A stretch of DNA of 32,000 nucleotides from Nitrosopumilaceae archaeon. Lineage in GTDB: Archaea; Thermoproteota; Nitrososphaeria; Nitrososphaerales; Nitrosopumilaceae. The position numbers and the translations under genes were made by a program. The stretch covers positions 1,528 through 33,527 of the forward strand of contig DATKZR010000138.1 of the NCBI GenBank assembly GCA_035527875.1, in the 5' to 3' direction. This document shows, in pieces, positions 7,276-15,463 of this stretch. The stretch's first letter is position 1. Each line of letters opens with the position of its first letter. Below the pieces are notes generated by a model. The model was not told the origin of the DNA. It saw only the letters and a program-made list of their open reading frames with translations, and ran no database searches.

Positions 7276-8418
7276 TTGGATAAATCAGGTGTTATTGTTG
7301 GAGGAATCGCTGGAGCCATAATAGTTTTAGTAGTTTTTGCAGTCATTTTTGTACCACCACCACATACAATAAAACCTGAAATTGTGGTGACCAATGGACA
7401 TGATGTTAGCACCGTTGGAGCGACAACCCCTACATATTCAAAAAACCTGTCATTAATTGAAATATTTCAAAAATCAGAAGCAGGTGTTGTAAGAGTTAAC
7501 GTTCAAAGAACCGAAGAAAACCTAATTCCAACGGGGGTGGGATCTGGTTTTGTTTTTGATAAAAAAGGTCACGTAATAACTAATGCACATGTTGTAGAGG
7601 ATGCAACAAAGGTGGCAATTACATTTCTGGATGGTAGATCATATAATGCAGAAATAATTGGTATTGACAAGTTTACAGATATTGCAGTAATCAAAGTTAA
7701 TGCAGATTTATCGTTATTGCATCCATTATCTCTTGGAGATTCTTCAAATCTTCAAGTTGGAGAACCCATAGCTGCGATTGGAAATCCATTTGGATTATCA
7801 GGCTCTATGACTTCAGGAATAGTTAGTCAATTAGGTCGACTTCTTCCTTCAGGTGCAGGGTATTCTATTCCAGATGTAATTCAAACAGATGCTGCAATAA
7901 ACCCTGGAAATTCAGGGGGACCACTACTAAACATGAGAGGTGAAATAGTTGGAATAAACACAGCGATTCAATCGGCTACAGGGGAATTCACCGGTGTAGG
8001 ATTTGCAGTACCATCACAAACCTTGGTCAAAATTATTCCAAGTTTAATACAAAACGGAGAGTACAAACATCCATGGATTGGAATTTCAGGACGAGATATT
8101 GATCCGGATTTGGCAAAAGTTTTGAACCTTAATGATGCTGTGGGGTTTTTAGTGGTAACTGTTGTTCCTGATAGTCCCGCTTCAAAAGCAGGACTGCAAG
8201 GTTCGAATAATATTGTAGAGAGAGATGGAATTCAATATACTATTGGAGGTGACATCATACTATCTGTTGATGGCGTGGAGGTCAGAAAAATATCAGATAT
8301 TTTAATTCACCTACAAAGAGGAAAATCTGTTGGTGATGAAATAGTATTGGAAATTCTAAGAGATGGAAGAACAACCAATTTCACTGTTGCTTTAGGTGAA
8401 AGGCCAAATGGCGAATAA
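7276..8418 (+). CDS. HtrA/DegP-family serine protease with PDZ domain, membrane-anchored
   Basis: 380 aa with a TTG start. After the TM anchor come the catalytic triad contexts TNAHVV, DIAVIKV and GNSGGPLLN. The C-terminal PDZ region is GFLVVTVVPDSPASKAGLQ...GDIILSVDG. Confidence 0.9.
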   Translation: MDKSGVIVGGIAGAIIVLVVFAVIFVPPPHTIKPEIVVTNGHDVSTVGATTPTYSKNLSLIEIFQKSEAGVVRVNVQRTEENLIPTGVGSGFVFDKKGHVITNAHVVEDATKVAITFLDGRSYNAEIIGIDKFTDIAVIKVNADLSLLHPLSLGDSSNLQVGEPIAAIGNPFGLSGSMTSGIVSQLGRLLPSGAGYSIPDVIQTDAAINPGNSGGPLLNMRGEIVGINTAIQSATGEFTGVGFAVPSQTLVKIIPSLIQNGEYKHPWIGISGRDIDPDLAKVLNLNDAVGFLVVTVVPDSPASKAGLQGSNNIVERDGIQYTIGGDIILSVDGVEVRKISDILIHLQRGKSVGDEIVLEILRDGRTTNFTVALGERPNGE

Positions 8419-8459
8419 AACAATACAACATTAAATACTTCCAAGAATGCATTTTTCTA

Positions 8460-9629
8460 TTGAACAATCTTGTGTTAAACTCTGAAAGTTTGAACAACAT
8501 TCTAGAAAAAAAGGCAATTTCACATGAAGATGCTCTACAAATTTATCAAGATGCCATAATTGATTCATCTGAATTGATTTTAACTGCACAAAATCTTAGA
8601 AAAAAATTCAAAGGCAATACTGTAACATTTTCAAAAAAAGCGTTTTTTAATATTATTAACATGTGCAAAGATACCTGTAGCTACTGTACTTACAAATCTG
8701 AGCCAGGAGAAGGAAAACTATCCTTAATGTCAAAACAAGAGATAAAGCAAATGCTAAAGCTTGCCAAAAAACATAGATGTGTTGAAGCATTATTTGTAAC
8801 TGGAGAACGGCCGGAGCAAAAATATCAAGAAGCCAGAGATTGGCTAAAAATTAATGGCTTCAAGTCCACTGTAGAATATCTCATCCATGCCTCAGAATGG
8901 GCATTAGAAGAGGGACTCTTTCCTCACACAAATGCAGGAAACCTCACGATTGATGAAATAAAAGAACTTCAAAAAACCAATGTTTCAATGGGATTAATGT
9001 TAGAAAATGTCAGTGAACGACTTTCACAAAAGGGGATGCCCCATTATTTGGCGGCAAGTAAAAGACCAAAGGCTAGATTAGAAGTTTTAGAGAATTCTGG
9101 AAAATTAAAAATTCCAATGACAACAGGAATCCTCGTAGGAATTGGGGAAACACCGGAGGAGATTATTGATTCTATTTTTGCAATAAAGAAACTGCATGAG
9201 AAATATGGAAATATACAAGAGGTAATCTTACAAAACTTTCAACCAAAACAAGATACAATGATGAAAAATTTTCCATCAGCACAGGAAAACTATTTCAAGA
9301 TTATTGTTTCAATATCTAGAATTATCATGCCAGATATGAATATCCAAATTCCTCCAAATCTATCACCGCAATCGTATCAAAGTTTTCTTTCTGTTGGAAT
9401 TAATGATTGGGGAGGAATATCTCCACTCACTCCTGACTATGTAAATCCCGAGTTTTCTTGGCCAGAGATAAAAAAAATAGATAAAAATTCAAAAAACGCA
9501 GGATTTGATTTAAAATGTAGATTCCCAATATATCCAGAATTTTTCTCATTTATTAGTAAAGAGTTAAGAGATAAGATGTCAGCCATTGTAGATGAAGAAG
9601 GTTTGGTAAAGGAGGAATATTGGAGATGA
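8460..9629 (+). CDS. cofG: FO (7,8-didemethyl-8-hydroxy-5-deazariboflavin) synthase subunit CofG, radical SAM
   Basis: 389 aa with radical-SAM cluster motif CKDTCSYCTY. It is paired with and overlaps the cofH-like gene. The MqnC/MqnE paralogues are the alternative assignment. Confidence 0.8.
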   Translation: MNNLVLNSESLNNILEKKAISHEDALQIYQDAIIDSSELILTAQNLRKKFKGNTVTFSKKAFFNIINMCKDTCSYCTYKSEPGEGKLSLMSKQEIKQMLKLAKKHRCVEALFVTGERPEQKYQEARDWLKINGFKSTVEYLIHASEWALEEGLFPHTNAGNLTIDEIKELQKTNVSMGLMLENVSERLSQKGMPHYLAASKRPKARLEVLENSGKLKIPMTTGILVGIGETPEEIIDSIFAIKKLHEKYGNIQEVILQNFQPKQDTMMKNFPSAQENYFKIIVSISRIIMPDMNIQIPPNLSPQSYQSFLSVGINDWGGISPLTPDYVNPEFSWPEIKKIDKNSKNAGFDLKCRFPIYPEFFSFISKELRDKMSAIVDEEGLVKEEYWR

Positions 9630-10885
9630 GCGTAAACCTTGATTCTTTGTTTAGTAATGCAGATCCTCAAATTTCAGCCATTTTAAACAGATCTTTATCA
9701 GAAAAAGAGATATCAGCTGAACAAGGGCTCGCTCTTTACAATTCTGATGGAGCGGATTTTCATTTAGTGGGAATGGTAGCCGATGAGTTAAGAAGAAGAA
9801 GAGTGGGAAATATTGTAACATATGTGGTTAATAGAAATATCAACTTTACAAATGTCTGCATAAAGCAATGTGGATTTTGTGCATTTAGTAGGGATTTCAG
9901 AGAAGAAGAAGGATATTTTCTCCCTACTGAGGAAATTGTACGAAGAGCAAAAGAAGCATACCAATTAGGAGCAACCGAAGTATGCATTCAAGCAGGGCTT
10001 CCCCCTGACATGGAAGGAGACTTGTATGAGAACATTTGTAGAGCAATAAAAAAAGAGATTCCAGATATTCACATTCATGGCTTTTCTCCCGAAGAAGTTC
10101 TTTACGGGGCAACAAGATCAAAGGTCTCCATCAAAGAGTATCTAATGAGATTAAAGGAGGCAGGGGTAAACACCCTACCTGGTACGGCAGCTGAGATTTT
10201 GGATCAGAAGTTGCGTGATAAAATATCCCCTGGGAGAATTAGTGTAAAGGATTGGATTGAGGTTATCAAAACAGCACATAAAATTGGAATTAATACCACC
10301 TCAACTATGATGTTTGGCCACATTGAAACTGCCAAAGATAGAGTTGATCACATGGCAAAGATTAGGGAAATACAAAAAGAAACAGGAGGATTTACAGAGT
10401 TTGTTCCTCTTGATTTTATTCATAGCGAAGCCCCAATGTACAAACATCAATTACACGAAGAAATTAGACAAGGCGGAAGTGGTAAAGAGGTCCTTTTGAC
10501 TCATGCCATTGCCAGAATTATGTTAAACAACTACATTGACAATATTCAAATGTCATGGGTAAAAGAAGGTCAGAAAATGTCGCAACTTTTGTTAATGTGG
10601 GGAGCAAATGATTTTGGAGGGACTTTAATTAATGAAAGTATTTCAACATCCGCCGGTTCTGAACACGGCCAATTATTAAAACCAAAAGAAATCAAACGAA
10701 CAGTAAGAGAGATTGGAAGAATTCCAGCAGAAAGAAATACCAATTATAAAATTTTAAAAAGATTTGAAAATTCAAATGATTCAGAAGAGGAGTTAGACAA
10801 AATTGAAGATATCTCTAAATTTGGATCATATATGGAATTAGTCAAGATAGACAAATACAAATATCAAAATCCAAGAGAAAAATAA
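9626..10885 (+). CDS. cofH: FO synthase subunit CofH, radical SAM
   Basis: It carries NFTNVCIKQCGFCAF. ATG at 9626 overlaps the cofG TGA (ATGA overlap); the track's TTG at 9620 is the alternative start. Confidence 0.8.
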   Translation: MSVNLDSLFSNADPQISAILNRSLSEKEISAEQGLALYNSDGADFHLVGMVADELRRRRVGNIVTYVVNRNINFTNVCIKQCGFCAFSRDFREEEGYFLPTEEIVRRAKEAYQLGATEVCIQAGLPPDMEGDLYENICRAIKKEIPDIHIHGFSPEEVLYGATRSKVSIKEYLMRLKEAGVNTLPGTAAEILDQKLRDKISPGRISVKDWIEVIKTAHKIGINTTSTMMFGHIETAKDRVDHMAKIREIQKETGGFTEFVPLDFIHSEAPMYKHQLHEEIRQGGSGKEVLLTHAIARIMLNNYIDNIQMSWVKEGQKMSQLLLMWGANDFGGTLINESISTSAGSEHGQLLKPKEIKRTVREIGRIPAERNTNYKILKRFENSNDSEEELDKIEDISKFGSYMELVKIDKYKYQNPREK

Positions 10886-12247
10886 TTGTCTGCCTTAGAT
10901 GAGGCGTTAGATCATTCCAAGAAATTACATATTGATGAATGTGAGATAGTACATGTTAAACGAAAGATCATAACCGTAAGAATTACAGATTCGGAAATTT
11001 TTGAGGTAAAACGTGTTTTAGATGAAAACTATGGAATTAGAATTATTCATGATAAAAAAATATCATCAATCCAAACAAGTAATGATAAAGAAATTGTAAA
11101 ATCCATTGAAGATGCCCTTCAAACAATATCTCATCTAAAACCAAGAAAATTTTGGAAAACTCTTCCACACGAAATAAAATCGCAAACTAGTCTTCAAGGA
11201 GTTTACGATAAAAAATTAGATGAGATTTTGGGAGTAGATATAACTGATATCGCACAAAATATGATAAATTATACATTAGATCCTAAAATCAACACGATAT
11301 CAGGATCAGTAAATATAGTCTCTGAAGTCTTTAAAATTGCAAACTCCAATGGTCTATTGGCTACAGACAAAGGAACATACGTATCAGGAATTATTAATGC
11401 TGATTCGGAGATTGGTCAATCCGAAGTTTCTGGAATAGGTCATGGATGTTGCAGAACATTAGACAAGTTTTCTGCCGAACAAATAGGAAATGATGCAAAA
11501 ACTATGTGTGTAGAATCAATTAATCCACAAAAATGTGAAAGTGGAGAATACTCAATTATTTTTGAACCATATTCTGCTGGAGAAATCCTAGCATTTGTTG
11601 CATCTTCAAATTTTAATTTTAAAACATATACAGAAAAAAAGAGTTGTTTTTCTAATAATTTTAAAGAAAAAATCGCAGTCGAAGATTTTAGTTTGGTAGA
11701 TAATCCCCATATACCCCAAGGGATTGGAACAAAACCATTTGATGATGAGGGAGTAAAAACCCAAATCAATACACTAGTGGATAAGGGATTTTTTGTTAAC
11801 ACATATCGTGATCTTTTTGATAGTTACAAAGAAGGTACAGAATCTACCGGAAATGCTTCAAGACCAGGCTCCCCTATGGGAAGAAGTGCTGAATCCATTC
11901 CAGTTTCAATGCCCCATAACATTCAGATTAAATCTGGAAGTACTTCTCAAGAAGACATGATAAAAGATACAAAACATGGATTACTTGTGGGCAGATTATG
12001 GTACACTTATGCAGTTAATACAATTAAAGGAGATTTTTCATGTACTGCAAGAAGTGGAATTAGAATAATCGAAAATGGTAAAATTAAGAGTCCTGGAAAA
12101 TCAGTACGGATTATTCATAACTTGCCAAAATTATTTCAAAACATTTCAGCTGTTGGAAATAATGAAAAAAATGTTATTCAATGGGCATCTCTTCCATCAA
12201 TTACTCCATCAATTAAAGTGGAAAAAATCCAGATAAATTCAATTTAA
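10886..12247 (+). CDS. TldD/PmbA-family (peptidase U62) metalloprotease
   Basis: 453 aa. The N-terminal and C-terminal regions (GIRIIHDKKISS..., GNASR..., HGLLVGRLWYTYAVN...GDFSCTARSG) are typical of PmbA_TldD. The TTG start directly abuts the cofH TAA with a 0-nt gap. Confidence 0.85.
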   Translation: MSALDEALDHSKKLHIDECEIVHVKRKIITVRITDSEIFEVKRVLDENYGIRIIHDKKISSIQTSNDKEIVKSIEDALQTISHLKPRKFWKTLPHEIKSQTSLQGVYDKKLDEILGVDITDIAQNMINYTLDPKINTISGSVNIVSEVFKIANSNGLLATDKGTYVSGIINADSEIGQSEVSGIGHGCCRTLDKFSAEQIGNDAKTMCVESINPQKCESGEYSIIFEPYSAGEILAFVASSNFNFKTYTEKKSCFSNNFKEKIAVEDFSLVDNPHIPQGIGTKPFDDEGVKTQINTLVDKGFFVNTYRDLFDSYKEGTESTGNASRPGSPMGRSAESIPVSMPHNIQIKSGSTSQEDMIKDTKHGLLVGRLWYTYAVNTIKGDFSCTARSGIRIIENGKIKSPGKSVRIIHNLPKLFQNISAVGNNEKNVIQWASLPSITPSIKVEKIQINSI

Positions 12248-12282
12248 AACAAAAAATATTAAATTTTAGGCGCAAAAATGGC

Positions 12283-13218
12283 TCAAATAAGGAAGGTAAA
12301 AACAAGAAAAGCAACATAAGCTACTGCCAAAACAATTCCCATTATTCTGTTTATTACTCCCATTTTCAAAGCTATAAGTAATGAAGCACTAAATGCAATC
12401 ATTATTGCATAATCAATAAAAACTTCAGATGCAATAATAACACTGCCAAGGGTTGCACCCACACCCATTATCATCAAAATATTGTAAATGTTACTTCCAA
12501 TAATATTCCCAACACCAATATCAGTATGTCCCTTTCGAATTGCAATAATAGAAGTTATCAGTTCTGGAAGTGAAGTGCCTATCGCAATCACTGTTAGTCC
12601 AATTAGTTTTTCAGATAAACCAAATTCGGCTGCTAAAACCACCGCATTTTCAACTGTTAGATAAGCACCCACTCCAAGTAACGCAACACCAAGTACAATT
12701 AGTCCTACAGCTTTGAGATATATTTTATTTTTTGTACCACTTGTGTCTGTATTGTTTTCATCTCTTTGTTTTTTTGCATCTTTGTAAGTAAAAATTGTAA
12801 GAGGAATTAGAGAACCAATCAAAATTATTCCATCGTATTGTGAGAGCTCACCATCCAATGATAATGCAATTAACAAAAGAGACACACCCAACATAATTGG
12901 AATTTCTTTTCGTAGAGTTGACCTACTTACTACAAGTGGAACCATAATAGCTGCAATGGCAATAACCATTCCAACGTTTGCGATGTTACTTCCAATAATA
13001 TTTCCTAAAATTATATCACTGTGTTCACCAGCTGCTACAATACTTGCAGCTAATTCAGGCGTAGAGGTCCCATACGCAACTACAGTCATGCCAATTATCA
13101 AATTACTTATTCGTAGTTTTTTGGCAATCACTACACCACCATTTACCAACCAGTTTCCACCAAAGCATAGCATTGCAAGCCCCACTAAAGTTAGGACCAC
13201 ATTGATGGCAATATCCAT
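12283..13218 (-). CDS. Ca2+/Na+ antiporter (CaCA family, YrbG/NCX_Mj-like)
   Basis: 311 aa with about 10 TM helices. Both alpha-repeat signatures are present: GTSTPELAASI...GNIIGSNIANVG and GTSLPELITSI...GNIIGSNIYNIL. Confidence 0.9.
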   Translation of the reverse strand: MDIAINVVLTLVGLAMLCFGGNWLVNGGVVIAKKLRISNLIIGMTVVAYGTSTPELAASIVAAGEHSDIILGNIIGSNIANVGMVIAIAAIMVPLVVSRSTLRKEIPIMLGVSLLLIALSLDGELSQYDGIILIGSLIPLTIFTYKDAKKQRDENNTDTSGTKNKIYLKAVGLIVLGVALLGVGAYLTVENAVVLAAEFGLSEKLIGLTVIAIGTSLPELITSIIAIRKGHTDIGVGNIIGSNIYNILMIMGVGATLGSVIIASEVFIDYAIMIAFSASLLIALKMGVINRIMGIVLAVAYVAFLVFTFLI

Positions 13219-13395
13219 ACTGAGAGTTCAGATCAAGGTTGTTTAAATTGGACGATTTACCATAAATTTACAATTCTAACAATTGCAGTAAACTTGAACT
13301 TTACATTGGAATATCAGGCATTTTAGGTTCAGATTTGATGAATCTGCTTTGTTATGACACTAAACTGTGATAAACATTTTGAGGTGTTAACGAGT

Positions 13396-13899
13396 TTATC
13401 GACAAAGAGTAAAAAGGCAGTCCCCCCGCTTTGTGCGTAAATTTTCCAGAGAGACTATCGTAGAACGATGGTATGATTTGTTGGACAAAAAATCTATTTT
13501 GAAATTATTTTTTGGGGTTGAATATTGTAATGCACCTGTTTCATAAATTCCGTCTAAACTATTAGGAAATGGATATTCTGCAAAGTCACTTTGTACCAAT
13601 TCAACATTATTCCATCCGTTTTCAACTGCTCGTTTTCTTGCTTGATCAAGCATTTTATCAGTAATGTCAACTCCGATTAGTTTACCCTCTGGCCCGATTA
13701 TATCTAAAACTAGAGGAAAATTTAATCCAGTCCCACAACCAAGCTCCACACCAGTATCGCCCTTTGACAGTTCTAATGCATTGACTGTCATTTTTCGATA
13801 TTTTCCAATTTTAAGGCCTAGCAGACGGTAAAACTTTACGGCTAGATCATAATTTTCTGCATATTTTCTGTAAGCTACAGCAACTTTGTTTTCACTCAT
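13396..13899 (-). CDS. class I SAM-dependent methyltransferase, C-terminus possibly truncated by a frameshift
   Basis: Motif I is VELGCGTGLNF, followed by LIGVDITDKMLDQARKR and VELVQSDFAEYPF. The ORF ends only 8 codons after a C6 run (13422-13427). See the corresponding finding. Confidence 0.8.
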   Translation of the reverse strand: MSENKVAVAYRKYAENYDLAVKFYRLLGLKIGKYRKMTVNALELSKGDTGVELGCGTGLNFPLVLDIIGPEGKLIGVDITDKMLDQARKRAVENGWNNVELVQSDFAEYPFPNSLDGIYETGALQYSTPKNNFKIDFLSNKSYHRSTIVSLENLRTKRGDCLFTLCR

Positions 13900-13978
13900 A
13901 ATGTATTATACGAGTTTGAAAGTGATAAAGAATAAGGCTAATTCACAAATTTGATTTTTGTATGGATTAAGATTTGAA

Positions 13979-14203
13979 TTATGTTTTCAACTTTTCAGCT
14001 AGTTCTTGTTTTTTTGGAACTCCTGTAAATTCTAACTTTTCATTTATCACAATACCTGGTGCTGTGTATATTGGATATTTTTCTAAATATTCTGGCTTTT
14101 CAGTTACATCAATTACTTGATAAGGTATTTTCATTTCATCAAGCATTTTTTCAACAACGCTACAGTTTGAACAACCTGGAGTTGTAAGAATCTCCACTTT
14201 CAT
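13979..14203 (-). CDS. small thioredoxin-fold (glutaredoxin-like, CxxC) protein
   Basis: MKVEILTTPGCSNCSVVEKMLDEMKIPYQVIDVTEKPEYLEKYPIYTAPGIVINEKLEFTGVPKKQELAEKLKT is 74 aa with active site CSNC and a cis-Pro context (APG). The start is trimmed to ATG at 14203. The upstream 43 codons of the track ORF overlap the YHS ORF in another frame. Confidence 0.8.
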   Translation of the reverse strand: MKVEILTTPGCSNCSVVEKMLDEMKIPYQVIDVTEKPEYLEKYPIYTAPGIVINEKLEFTGVPKKQELAEKLKT

Positions 14204-14366
14204 GATTCTTTTTTTATAAATGACTCTGGATCTGTCTGAAAAGCCCATTGGCATGTAGGACTGCAAAAATGGTATGTCGCCCCTTCGTGTTCCAATTTTG
14301 CGGATTTGGTTGCATCTATTTCCATACCGCAAACAAGATCCTTTACCAGTTCTGTTTCCCCCTCAT
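14200..14366 (-). CDS. YHS-domain small metal-binding protein; start disrupted (needs +1 G in a G5 run)
   Basis: Not in the ORF track. In the frame with codon first positions divisible by 3, 14340-14200 reads DLVCGMEIDATKSAKLEHEGATYHFCSPTCQWAFQTDPESFIKKES*. This is a full YHS/TRASH-type pattern (D.VCGM...G.tY.FCS..C...F..dPe.F). Its TGA overlaps the ATG of the Trx-fold gene (ATGA). The open frame reaches back to 14373 with no ATG/GTG/TTG. An ATG at 14366 is out of frame by one nt across GGGGG (14358-14362). Confidence 0.6.
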
Positions 14367-14368
14367 GC

Positions 14369-15463
14369 TTATTCTACCTTCAACTTGCCCCATTCAGTAA
14401 CAGCATGATTCCCTGCAGTTTCTCCTTGACCTCCATCCCAAATAGCAAATCCGATTTTGTATTCATTTCCAACTGAAAATTGCTTATCTATCATTCCAAA
14501 TCCTGCCACTTCAATATCTTCAGTAACAAGTAATCTTGAAACCTCAACAATCCATTCTCCTGCATCCGAATCATAAACACCTGCTGCAGTAAGGTCATTG
14601 TTTCCTCCCTGATTGTTGTCATCATCTCTGTAATAGTGATCCTTTAGCTGCTCAAATGGTCCTGCAAATTCATCATCTATTACATTAGGTGATTCTGTGT
14701 GGCTATCAAATGCCTTCCAGTGCCAAATATCTACAATACCTTCCCCTATGGTTCTTTGAGGGACTGTGACATGTGGAACTCCAGCTGCACCCATCGCAAT
14801 ATCAGAGTTTCCAGAAATATCAAAACCAAAAGCAATTCTGTCTGTTTCAGTTTTTCCCTCATTATTTGCATCATCATCTTGCCAACGGAGCAAGAAATAG
14901 ATCTTCTCTCCATCGTTTAATGACTTAGCTATTACCTGACGATTTTCATGAACATACACTGTTGAAAATATTACTCCAGCAACATCATTCCATTTATCAT
15001 CAATTATTCCATCAACTATAATTCCTCCATCTGATTTAGCTGAAGGTAAAATGGTTGTATCAGGTTCTAACTCCTGTGGATCTTTTACTACTAGAAATCC
15101 ATGTTGTTCATCGTGTCCTGCACCGCAAGGGACTGAACAATAATAATGAAATACTCCAGGTTTGTCAGCAACAAACTCCATCTCTGTCATCTGTCCTGGT
15201 AAAACTGGTTCGTTAATTTGATATTCATCAATGGCAATCCCATGAGGTACATCAGCTGTTGCAAGATTGAGAGTTACATGGTCTCCTTGGTTAACCTCGA
15301 TAAATTGTGGCTCAAATCCCCACTGAAAAGCAACAATATCAAAACTCTTGTCTTCCCCTGATGTTGTACCCATTGGAGTATAGTTCATCATAATATACCC
15401 AATTACAATAACTGCCACTACGCCACCAAGTACGATAGAATTTATTGCTTTTTTACTTGCCAT
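14369..15463 (-). CDS. membrane-anchored fusion protein: COX2/CuA-like cupredoxin domain + EB_dh (ethylbenzene-dehydrogenase-gamma/DOMON-like haem b) domain
   Basis: 364 aa with an N-terminal TM helix. The cupredoxin part is AFQWGFEPQFIEVNQGDHVTLNLATADVPHGIAIDEY...PGVFHYYCSVPCGAGHDEQHGFLVV, i.e. H...C-x3-C-x3-H as in CuA. The C-terminal part is DGIIDDKWNDV...AKSLNDGEKIYFLLRWQDDD...DRIAFGFDI...AMG...VDIWHWKA, which matches EB_dh family hallmarks. Confidence 0.8.
   Translation of the reverse strand: MASKKAINSIVLGGVVAVIVIGYIMMNYTPMGTTSGEDKSFDIVAFQWGFEPQFIEVNQGDHVTLNLATADVPHGIAIDEYQINEPVLPGQMTEMEFVADKPGVFHYYCSVPCGAGHDEQHGFLVVKDPQELEPDTTILPSAKSDGGIIVDGIIDDKWNDVAGVIFSTVYVHENRQVIAKSLNDGEKIYFLLRWQDDDANNEGKTETDRIAFGFDISGNSDIAMGAAGVPHVTVPQRTIGEGIVDIWHWKAFDSHTESPNVIDDEFAGPFEQLKDHYYRDDDNNQGGNNDLTAAGVYDSDAGEWIVEVSRLLVTEDIEVAGFGMIDKQFSVGNEYKIGFAIWDGGQGETAGNHAVTEWGKLKVE

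Noticed and set aside
9437-11802. ORFs 9437-9670 (-), 9760-9987 (-), 9924-10121 (-), 10314-10499 (+), 11440-11802 (-)
   Set aside because: They are embedded in the cofG, cofH and tldD coding regions, which have strong family signatures, and are shadow ORFs.
12956-13246. Plus-strand 96-aa ORF
   Set aside because: It is antisense to the CaCA antiporter. Its hydrophobic appearance is a mirror effect of the TM-rich gene.
13325-13345. Hairpin CAGATT-TGATG-AATCTG and nearby UUGAUGA / AUGA boxes as a second C/D sRNA
   Set aside because: No D box (CUGA) or terminal stem in the right position on either strand. The hairpin is more simply a 3'-end structure of the methyltransferase gene, or coding sequence if that gene is extended.
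14204-14332. N-terminal 43 codons of the track ORF 13979-14332 (MRYGNRCNQIRKIGTRRGD...)
   Set aside because: The thioredoxin fold begins at the internal MKVEILTTPGCSNC (ATG 14203). The upstream part is low-complexity and lies out of frame over a well-formed YHS domain whose stop overlaps that ATG.
14343-14366. Programmed -1 ribosomal frameshift joining MRG... to the YHS frame
   Set aside because: The sequence around the G5 run (AGG GGG AAA C) is not a canonical X XXY YYZ slippery heptamer, and I see no obvious downstream stimulatory structure. A homopolymer indel or sequencing error is more parsimonious, so I keep this only as a remote alternative.
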